DNA of 64,000 bases, taken from a bacterium (lineage in GTDB: Bacteria; CAIWAD01). Position 1 is the stretch's first letter. The number at the start of each line of letters is the position of its first letter. Positions 1 through 7,811 of this stretch are shown here, piece after piece. A model generated the notes under the pieces. The model saw nothing but the letters and a program-made list of their open reading frames with translations. It searched no databases and was not told the origin of the DNA. The stretch lies in NCBI GenBank assembly GCA_030685015.1, contig JAUXWS010000059.1, forward strand, positions 87,052-151,051, in the 5' to 3' direction. Made by a program: the position numbers and the translations under genes.

Positions 1-7
1 GGATGGT

Positions 8-418
8 TCAGGCGTTCTTCAGCAACCAGGCCACCGCGTCCTCCTCCGAGGATGCTTCCACCAGGATGATGCCGTGGGGACCCACCTTGGATTGGTAGGT
101 CAGGATCGACATGCGCGTCACGGCGCTATGGGAGGTGATGCTGATGAAGTGCTTGATGCCTTCATGGGCAAAGGCGGGAAAGACCTCACGGTCGATGCAA
201 TCCTGGATCTCTTGGCTGAAAGACCCCCGCGCCGCGCTGCTGTCGACAATCCAGGCCTTTCCCCCCTTGGCCCGGGCGTGGGACAAGCCCTTCTCCAACA
301 CGGCCGCCCGGAACTCCGCCAAGGTCACGCCATAGTTGGTCCAGGTGTCGATGATGGCCCTGCTCGACGGATCATAGCGCACCGTCAACTTGCCCGGAAT
401 GGAGTAGACATGATCCAT
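8..418 (-). CDS. hypothetical protein. The ORF extends to 544, but the first 42 codons are an R/K/H-rich low-complexity stretch, so the ATG at 418 is preferred.
   Basis: ORF track 8..544 (-). Internal ATG at 418 is preceded by an AGAAGG-like RBS. No recognisable family motif. Confidence 0.4.
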   Translation of the reverse strand: MDHVYSIPGKLTVRYDPSSRAIIDTWTNYGVTLAEFRAAVLEKGLSHARAKGGKAWIVDSSAARGSFSQEIQDCIDREVFPAFAHEGIKHFISITSHSAVTRMSILTYQSKVGPHGIILVEASSEEDAVAWLLKNA

Positions 419-577
419 GTCGGCCTTCTGCTTGCGATGATTCGAACCCTTCGTCCTTCGTCGACTGTATCGGTGTGGGTGGTAAGGATCTGAACCAGTG
501 TCAACCTTGAATTGTGCTCGGAAGACATGGGAAGAGGGTCCCAAAGGACCCTCTTCTTCTGAAGTGACTATGACGAA

Positions 578-2998
578 CTACTTGACCAGCAATACCTTTT
601 CGGCTCCGATGCGGGCGCCGTCCACCGCCAGCTCCACCAAGTAATGTCCGCTTGCCATGGCCGCGCCGTTGAACACGACCCGATGCTCGCCCGCTGCGAC
701 CGGACCATCCATCAAACGCGCAACCAGACGGCCCTGGAGATCGAACACGGACAGGCTGGCCCGGCCGGGTCGATCCAACTGGTAGCTGATGGTCGTCATT
801 GGATTGAAGGGGTTGGGCCAGGCGCCGGCGAGGCGGGCCGTCGCCGGACGCGCGCCGCCATCCGGCAGGGAATCGATCAGCTCCTCGTGGCCGAAACAAT
901 GGAAATTGAACTGGAAATTATTGAGGGGAATCAGGGCGTTGTTCACAACCCGGTAGCTGGACACCTCCTCCCAGGTGCGGGGCACCAGTGTCAGGTTGGG
1001 CACAGGTCGAGGATCACCCGGCGTCTGGAAGGATTTCAGTTCCAGGGGCAGGACTTCGATCCAGAAAGGCTGGGTGAAGGGCTCCAACAGGCCGGCCACG
1101 CTGACGCCGATCCAGTCCTCGCTGGCATCGCCGCCGGCGTAGCTCGGCGCATAGTTGTGGTCGGATTGATGGAGGAGCGTCCCATTGACGGGCAGGCCGC
1201 TCCAAACCTTCAGGCGCCAGGCACTGGCATCCTCGGGGGGGATGTTGAAGCTGGCGAAGCGAAGGCGCAGGCTGTCGAGGGCGTAGCCCATGCTGGGGCC
1301 CATCTGGGGTGGCTGGAAGCGCTGGGCGTAGCCCAGGCCCAGGGCGTCACCAGAACCGGTGGTGTGGAGGAATTCAGGATTGGTGACATCCCAGCCGTAA
1401 TCGTTGGCCAGTTCCAGGACGCCGGTCGGCCGCACGATGTAACTGGGCAGATTGAGGCGATCGTTGGGGGCGTAGCCGTCCGGCGTCATCAGGCGGATCT
1501 GTGGAAAGTGCAGGCTGGTGGCGTCCGGGGTCAGCGAGAAGGCGACGTCCACGTGCTGGTGCTGTTCCAGGCTGAAGGTGCCGCCCAGGGCTGTCGGCAG
1601 GTTGTCCATGTAGAGGGACCACTGGACATCCTGCGCCTGGTTGAGACCGAAGTTCTGGAAGGTGGCGGTGCCGGGAATGGGCCGCCCCAGGGTCCGCGGG
1701 TACGGCAGGCGGAACTCCGTCACACCCACGTCATTGGGCAACAGGGGAGATCCCACCACGCGGAAATCGTCCACGAAGAAGCCGGTTCCGGTGCCGCCGT
1801 CGTGGTTGTTGTCCGTCTGGACCCGGAAGCGGAAGAAGACGAGATTGCCGCCCAGGAAGCTCACGTTGGTGGAGCGTCCGTGGCCGCCCCCATCCATGAA
1901 GTGGTACCACTGCCCGCTGCCCGTTTCCGTGTCGTAGTAGTCATAGAAAAGGGAGCGCCAGACGAAACCATCCAGGCTGTACTCCAGCAGGAAGTAGTCG
2001 TCCAGGCTGCTGTCGCCGTCGCCATCGTAGTCCAGCAGGTCGACCTTGGTCCAGAAGTCGATGAGCATGGTGTAGTTGGCCGGCAGGAAGATGGGGGGGC
2101 TGTAGATCACGTTGCTGATGGGCACTGCCTGGTTGGCCACTTGACAATGCACGCTGAAGGGACTGCTGTGGAAGGTGGTGGAGACGGCCCAGTGGTCGCC
2201 CGCCGCCGGCACGCCGGAGTAATGAAGGGTGGGTCCGGGGGTGTCCACGCCGTCGGCATTGTTCTGCAGCAGGATGAGGGCTCCGTCCGCCACCTGGATG
2301 TTGTCCAGCTGCATGCCGGTCAGGGCATCGTCATCCGGAAAGGATGTGTAGTCGTCGCTGGCGAAGGCGAAACGGATGCGGGTGGCGGTGGAACGATAGG
2401 GCGTCAGGTCGCAGACGGCATTGCGCCAGGTGTTGCCCAGCCCGGCCCAGCCCGCCCGGATGCCATGGCCGAAGATTTCCCCGAAGGCGAAGGCGTTGCT
2501 TACCGTGTAGGCCGGCGTCGAGGGCGTGAGCAGCTGCCAGGGTCCGGCGCCCATCTTCACTTCCACGTGGCAGGCATCCCACCCATCGTAGGGGGCGGGG
2601 GCACCGGCCGGGCTCTCCAGCGCCCAGAAGAGGTTGAAGGTAAGCTGCGGGCTGGTGGTGGCGCTCAAATTGAGGGGCGGCAGCTCCAGGAAGAGCAGGG
2701 TGTGGTCCAGGTAGCCGCCCACGTCGACGCTGGCGGACCACCAGTTCCAGGAGCCATCGAAACTGTTGAAGCTGCTCATGTGCCAGGTGCTGCCCTGGTC
2801 GGTCAAGTCCTGGCTGGTCCAACCGTCAAAGCCGGTGATGAAGTTCACCTCGTAAAGTGTCGTGTCCGTCCGGCTGGCATCCCGCTGCACGGGGGGCGGG
2901 AAATCTCGCGTCTCCACCCGGAAGGGGCTGAAGCTTGCGTGGGCAAGTCCCGCCAGGAGCAGCAGGAGGCACAATGCAGAAGCGCGCCGCTTGGCCAT
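578..2998 (-). CDS. large secreted protein with a C-terminal FlgD-Ig / T9SS type-A-like sorting domain
   Basis: ORF 578..3103. Start moved to the ATG at 2998, which begins the signal peptide MAKRRASALCLLLLLAGLAHA. The C-terminal ~80 aa read WPNPFNPMTTISYQL...VFDLQGRLVARL...SGHYLVEL, typical of the Por/T9SS C-terminal sorting domain. Confidence 0.7.
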   Translation of the reverse strand: MAKRRASALCLLLLLAGLAHASFSPFRVETRDFPPPVQRDASRTDTTLYEVNFITGFDGWTSQDLTDQGSTWHMSSFNSFDGSWNWWSASVDVGGYLDHTLLFLELPPLNLSATTSPQLTFNLFWALESPAGAPAPYDGWDACHVEVKMGAGPWQLLTPSTPAYTVSNAFAFGEIFGHGIRAGWAGLGNTWRNAVCDLTPYRSTATRIRFAFASDDYTSFPDDDALTGMQLDNIQVADGALILLQNNADGVDTPGPTLHYSGVPAAGDHWAVSTTFHSSPFSVHCQVANQAVPISNVIYSPPIFLPANYTMLIDFWTKVDLLDYDGDGDSSLDDYFLLEYSLDGFVWRSLFYDYYDTETGSGQWYHFMDGGGHGRSTNVSFLGGNLVFFRFRVQTDNNHDGGTGTGFFVDDFRVVGSPLLPNDVGVTEFRLPYPRTLGRPIPGTATFQNFGLNQAQDVQWSLYMDNLPTALGGTFSLEQHQHVDVAFSLTPDATSLHFPQIRLMTPDGYAPNDRLNLPSYIVRPTGVLELANDYGWDVTNPEFLHTTGSGDALGLGYAQRFQPPQMGPSMGYALDSLRLRFASFNIPPEDASAWRLKVWSGLPVNGTLLHQSDHNYAPSYAGGDASEDWIGVSVAGLLEPFTQPFWIEVLPLELKSFQTPGDPRPVPNLTLVPRTWEEVSSYRVVNNALIPLNNFQFNFHCFGHEELIDSLPDGGARPATARLAGAWPNPFNPMTTISYQLDRPGRASLSVFDLQGRLVARLMDGPVAAGEHRVVFNGAAMASGHYLVELAVDGARIGAEKVLLVK

Positions 2999-3129
2999 GG
3001 GAAGTTCCTCCTCGACAACGCACCTGGAGCCATGATCAGGTGCCGTTGAATACCGCATGCGGCGGAAGGGTGAATCGTCCCTTCTCGCGTGGATCGCCGC
3101 CAATGTGTGGATCGGTTGCCGCCGGGCGC

Positions 3130-3369
3130 CTACCAGGCCTGCTCCACAATGATCTCCGGGTCAACCTCCTGGCGCAGGATGCGCTCGATCCCCGCCTTGA
3201 GCGTGACCGTGGAGGAGGGGCAGCCTGAGCAGGCGCCGCCCAGGCGCAGGAAGACCACCTTGTCGCGGATTTCGACCAGCTCGCAGAAGCCACCGTCCAT
3301 GGCCAGTGCGGGTGCGATCTTCTCTTCCAGGATCTGGGCGATCTGATCCGTCATCGTCGTGTCGCTCAT
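3130..3369 (-). CDS. NifU-like (Nfu-type) Fe-S cluster assembly domain protein
   Basis: Internal ATG within ORF 3130..3510. The product reads MSDTTMTDQIAQILEEKIAPALAMDGGFCELVEI...GGACSGCPSS, carrying the CxxC Nfu signature. Confidence 0.7.
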   Translation of the reverse strand: MSDTTMTDQIAQILEEKIAPALAMDGGFCELVEIRDKVVFLRLGGACSGCPSSTVTLKAGIERILRQEVDPEIIVEQAW

Positions 3370-3479
3370 GGGACCTTTCCACCTTGAACCGGGCTGAACA
3401 TGCCAATCTGCTCGCGGTCGTCGTGTGCTCGTCGGCACCTCGCCCGGCCAGAGACCAGGCAGGAGAACTCGGGACGGAC

Positions 3480-4142
3480 TCAATGAGGCAGATTCGGCCC
3501 CCTGCCGCAAGACGAACCTGAGGGGATGGCTTTCGCCCCGATGGGGCGAAAGGAGGCCGCGTGGCGGCGAAAGTTGCGGATCATGAGCGGTCCGGCGTCA
3601 CTCAAGAAGGACTCTGGATGAAACTGCAGGCCCCACAGTCCCATCTGCTCATGGCGCAGGGACATCAGGAGTCCGGGTTGGCACACGGCATCCACCAGCA
3701 GGCCGGGACCGGCCACGGCCGGAAGGGGCATCGCCCCGCAACCTGACAGCACCAGGCTGTGGTAACGGGCCACGGACAAGTCCGGCGGACAACCGGCGAA
3801 CAAGCCCAGGCCCGAATGCCGCAGCGGCACGGCATGGCCATGCACGGGGCGGGGGGCGCGGACCAGCTTCATGCCCAGCCACTCGCCGATGGCTTGATGA
3901 CCCAGGCAGATGCCCAGAATGGGCATCTGCCCGGCGCAGGCCGCCAGAATCTCCCATAGCCCGCGGCATTGCCGGGGTCGGCCGGGACCTGGGGACAGGA
4001 TGAGGGCTTCGGGGCGATGCCCCGGAAGCGCGCCGGGATCCACCTTGTCCACGCGCGCCACCACCGGCTCCTTCCAGGCCAGCGCCAGCAGATGCGCCAG
4101 GTTGTGCGTGAAGGAGTCGTGGTTGTCGATCAAGAGCAACAT
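3480..4142 (-). CDS. class-I glutamine amidotransferase, anthranilate / aminodeoxychorismate synthase component II (TrpG/PabA family)
   Basis: N-terminal MLLLIDNHDSFTHNLAHLL, GICLGHQAIGE with the catalytic Cys, and LQFHPES with His/Glu. These match the TrpG/PabA family. Confidence 0.8.
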   Translation of the reverse strand: MLLLIDNHDSFTHNLAHLLALAWKEPVVARVDKVDPGALPGHRPEALILSPGPGRPRQCRGLWEILAACAGQMPILGICLGHQAIGEWLGMKLVRAPRPVHGHAVPLRHSGLGLFAGCPPDLSVARYHSLVLSGCGAMPLPAVAGPGLLVDAVCQPGLLMSLRHEQMGLWGLQFHPESFLSDAGPLMIRNFRRHAASFRPIGAKAIPSGSSCGRGPNLPH

Positions 4143-4143
4143 G

Positions 4144-6552
4144 TCATGCTTTCGGGGCGATGCCCCGAAAGCGCCGCCGCCCCTTCGGCAACAGGATGAG
4201 CTTCAGCACCTCCTCCATCCGCCGCACCGGCACGAAGTCCAGCTTGTCGCGGATGGCAGCGTGCATGTCCACCAGGTCCCGTTCATTGTCGGCCGGGATC
4301 AGCACCCGGGCGATTCCGGCCCGCAGGGCCGCCATCGCCTTCTCATTCAGCCCGCCGATGGGCAGCACCTCGCCATGCAGGGTCACCTCCCCCGTCATCG
4401 CCGTGTCGGGCCGCACCAGGCGACCCGTGGCCGCGCTGGCCATGGCCGTCACCAGGGTGATGCCGGCCGAGGGCCCGTCCTTGGCGATGGCGCCCTCCGG
4501 GATGTGCACATGGAGATCCTGCTTGTCGAAAAACCCCGGCCGGATGCCCAGCTCGTCGGCGTGCGTGCGCAGCCAGGTCAGTGCCGCCATGGCGCTTTCC
4601 TTCATCACGTCGCCCAGCTTGCCGGTCATGGTCAGGCGGCCACGCCCCGGATAGATCCCCACCTCGATCTGCAGCAGATCGCCGCCCACGGGCGTCCAGG
4701 CCAGGCCGACGGCGCGCCCCAGCATCGCCTCCTGCGGAGCCCGCTTCTCGATGATGTTGGGCAGACCCAGATAACCCGTCAGCGAAGCCTCGTCCACCAC
4801 CACCGTCGGCGGCCGCCGGACACGCTTGCGACCGGCGGCGTCGGCCCGGCTCACCTGTTCGCGCGCCACGCGCCGGCAGATCTTGGCGATGCGGCGCTCC
4901 AGGGTACGCACCCCCGCCTCCTGCGTGTACTGCATGATGAGGGCCTCCAGCGCGGTCTGCTCGAAGCGGACCAGGGCCGGATCCAAGCCGTGCAGGGCCA
5001 CCTGGCGCGGCACCAGGAAGTCGGTGGCGATGCGCTGTTTCTCATGCAGCAGGTAGCCGGGCAGATTGATGATCTCCATGCGGTCGCGCAGGGCGGGAGG
5101 AATGTCCGCCGCCACATTGGCCGTGGTGATGAACATCACCTCGCTCAGATCGAAGTCCAGGTCCAGGTAGTGGTCGTTGAAGCTGTTGTTCTGCTCCGGA
5201 TCCAGCACCTCCAGCAGCGCGGCCGAGGGATCGCCGCGGAAGTCCATGGACATCTTGTCGATCTCGTCGAGGAGGATGACCGGGTTGTGGCTGCCCGCCT
5301 TCTTCATGCCCTGGATCAGCCGGCCGGGCATGGCGCCGATGTAAGTCCGCCGGTGGCCGCGGATCTCCGCCTCGTCCCGCACGCCACCCAGGGACATGCG
5401 GACGAAGTTGCGCTTGAGGGCGTTGGCGATGCTGCGGCCCAGGCTGGTCTTGCCCACGCCGGGCGGTCCCACGAAACAGATGATCTGCCCGCGCATCTTC
5501 TTCACCAGCCGCAGCACGGCCAGGTGTTCCAGGATGCGCTCCTTGGGTTTGTCCAGGCCGTAGTGGTCCTCGTTCAAGGTGCGCTCGGCGTTGGCGATGT
5601 CCAGGTTGTCCGCCGTGCGCCCGGTCCAGGGCAGGGCGAAGATCCAGTCCAGGTAGGTGCGGATGACATGGGCCTCCGGACTCATGGACGGCATCTGGCG
5701 GAGCTTGTCCAGCTCCTCCTCCACCCGCTGCCTTGCCTCGGCCGGCAGCTCCGTCTTCCCCAGCTGCTCCTTGTAGCGGCCCACCACGCCGTCCTCGTCG
5801 TCGGACTGCTCCCCCAGCTCCTCGCGGATGACACGAAGCTGTTCCTGCAGGTAGTAGGCACGCTGGTGCTTGCTGATCTTGTCGCGCACCTGGCCCTCGA
5901 TGGTGCGCTCCAGCTCGAGGATGCTGTTCTCACTCTCCAGCAGCGCCGTGATGTACTCCAGCCGGTCCACCAGCTCTTCCGCCTCGAGGATGGGCTGCTT
6001 CTTGTCCACGCCGTGGACGATGTGGGCGGCGATGAAGTCGATCAGCAGGCTGATGTTGGGCAATTGCTCGATGCTGGCCAGGATCTCATCGGGGAGATTG
6101 GGGTTGAGATTCACATAGCGCCGGAAGAGGGTGGCCGCCACGCGAGAGAGAGCCTGCAACTGCGGCGTGTCCGCCTTCTCCTCGCCGGCCAGGGCCTTGA
6201 TCTCGACGAAACGCACGCCCTTGGCCTGGGTGTAGCGGCTGATGCGGGCGCGGGTGACGCCCTCGACCAGGACGCGCAGCACGCCGTTGGGCATTTTCAG
6301 CACCTGGAGGATCTTCACCATGGTGCCCACCGGGTAAAGGCCGTCGCGGCGGGGCTCCTCGTCCTGGGCGTTGCGCTGCGCCACCACGAAGAGGAGACGG
6401 TCCCGCACCATGGCCGCCTCCACCGCCTTGACCGAGGTCTCCCGCCCGATGAGGAGCGGGAAGATCATGTAGGGGAAGAGCACCACATCGCGCAGGGGAA
6501 TGGCGGGCAGTCGCTCCGGGATCTTGATGGGTTTGGGACGGGCCTCTGGCAT
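4144..6552 (-). CDS. lon: ATP-dependent Lon protease
   Basis: 802 aa. It has the Lon N-terminal domain, a Walker A motif GPPGVGKTS in the AAA+ module, and the C-terminal proteolytic domain with the PKDGPSAG Ser block. Confidence 0.95.
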   Translation of the reverse strand: MPEARPKPIKIPERLPAIPLRDVVLFPYMIFPLLIGRETSVKAVEAAMVRDRLLFVVAQRNAQDEEPRRDGLYPVGTMVKILQVLKMPNGVLRVLVEGVTRARISRYTQAKGVRFVEIKALAGEEKADTPQLQALSRVAATLFRRYVNLNPNLPDEILASIEQLPNISLLIDFIAAHIVHGVDKKQPILEAEELVDRLEYITALLESENSILELERTIEGQVRDKISKHQRAYYLQEQLRVIREELGEQSDDEDGVVGRYKEQLGKTELPAEARQRVEEELDKLRQMPSMSPEAHVIRTYLDWIFALPWTGRTADNLDIANAERTLNEDHYGLDKPKERILEHLAVLRLVKKMRGQIICFVGPPGVGKTSLGRSIANALKRNFVRMSLGGVRDEAEIRGHRRTYIGAMPGRLIQGMKKAGSHNPVILLDEIDKMSMDFRGDPSAALLEVLDPEQNNSFNDHYLDLDFDLSEVMFITTANVAADIPPALRDRMEIINLPGYLLHEKQRIATDFLVPRQVALHGLDPALVRFEQTALEALIMQYTQEAGVRTLERRIAKICRRVAREQVSRADAAGRKRVRRPPTVVVDEASLTGYLGLPNIIEKRAPQEAMLGRAVGLAWTPVGGDLLQIEVGIYPGRGRLTMTGKLGDVMKESAMAALTWLRTHADELGIRPGFFDKQDLHVHIPEGAIAKDGPSAGITLVTAMASAATGRLVRPDTAMTGEVTLHGEVLPIGGLNEKAMAALRAGIARVLIPADNERDLVDMHAAIRDKLDFVPVRRMEEVLKLILLPKGRRRFRGIAPKA

Positions 6553-6665
6553 CGTGCGTCACTTTCCATGGTCTGCCGCGCTCCCGCCCGCCGCCAATGG
6601 GCCGCCGTGCGCGTGGATGGTGCGTGGGATGGCAGAATGTAGGAAAGGCGGACCCGGGACAGGAT

Positions 6666-7577
6666 CTATCCCCCGAACTGCTCCGCCACAGCCTCCGCTT
6701 CCCGCAGGAGAAGCTCCGCGTCCAGCCCGCTGATTTCCCCGCCCAGATCCCGGCAGGCCAGGCCGCCCGCCACCGCGGCGCAGGCCAGGGCCTGGCGCAA
6801 GGGGTAGCGCTTCAGCAAGGCCCAGGCCAGGGTGCCGTGATAGGCGTCACCGGCGCCGGTGGTGTCCACCACGGTTCCCGGAGACCAGGCAGGCACCCAG
6901 CCGGGCTCGCCGCCCCGCTCGCACACGATGGCCCCGCCCGCCCCCATGGTGATGATGGCCAGACGCGGCCCGGCCTCGGCCAATTGGGCGGCGGCCTTCA
7001 GCAGGTCCAGCCCCGGGTGCCTGCTCATGACAAAGGCCTTGGAGACGGCCACCACGTCCGCCGCCGCCACCAGCGGCGCAATCTCCTCCCGCGGGCCGCC
7101 CAGATCCAGCAGCACGGTCATGCCGCCGGCGCGGGCGCGGCGGGCGGCCTCCCGCGCGATGGGTTCCTTGCCGTCCAGGAGCAGGCAGCCCTCCCCCCAG
7201 GGCAGACGCTCCAGCAGGGTGGCCGGATAGTCGGGCAGGCCGCCCCGGTCCAGCACGACCGTGCGCTTGCCGTGGCGCGCCTCCACCCAGATCGAGGCGC
7301 GCGGCGTGGCCTGTCCGGCGCAGACCTGAAGACCATCCAGATCCACACCCGCCGCTTCGAAGTCCCGGCGGATGCGCTGGCCCGCCTCGTCGTCACCCAC
7401 ACAGCCGGCGAAGTGAACCTCGGCCCCCAGCGCCGCCGCCGTGATGGCCGCCCGCGCCGCCGGCCCCCCGGTGCAGGTGCGGCCGCGGCGGGCGGTCACT
7501 TTGCTGTCCATGGCGGGATAGTGGTCCACCAGCAGCAGGTGGTCCAGCACGATGTGGCCCAGGGCGATCAGACGCAT
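6666..7577 (-). CDS. PfkB-family carbohydrate kinase (ribokinase-like)
   Basis: ORF 6666..7625, with start taken at the ATG for MRLIALGHIVLDH. The C-terminus carries the DTTGAGD anion-hole motif typical of PfkB kinases. Confidence 0.75.
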   Translation of the reverse strand: MRLIALGHIVLDHLLLVDHYPAMDSKVTARRGRTCTGGPAARAAITAAALGAEVHFAGCVGDDEAGQRIRRDFEAAGVDLDGLQVCAGQATPRASIWVEARHGKRTVVLDRGGLPDYPATLLERLPWGEGCLLLDGKEPIAREAARRARAGGMTVLLDLGGPREEIAPLVAAADVVAVSKAFVMSRHPGLDLLKAAAQLAEAGPRLAIITMGAGGAIVCERGGEPGWVPAWSPGTVVDTTGAGDAYHGTLAWALLKRYPLRQALACAAVAGGLACRDLGGEISGLDAELLLREAEAVAEQFGG

Positions 7578-7811
7578 GAGAAGTCCTTCCGGCAAGGATG
7601 GCGGAAGGTAGGGAAGCGCCTGCACCCCGGCCGGTCAATGATGGGCCGAGCGCATCCCGGGTGGCAGGTGGATTCGGCTGACCCGATCGCCACCTTCCGT
7701 CCAGGAATCTTGACGCGTGGAACCTGCGCCCGCGGCCCGCGGTCTGGTGGCCGCGCCGGCCATCCGCGGGGGCGGCCGCCACCGGTCCATATCAGCCAGG
7801 GACTTCAGCTC

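Noticed and set aside
441-456. GGTTCGAATC-like T-loop motif on the minus strand suggesting a tRNA
   Set aside because: The flanks do not form a T-stem or acceptor stem. It lies inside a coding ORF.
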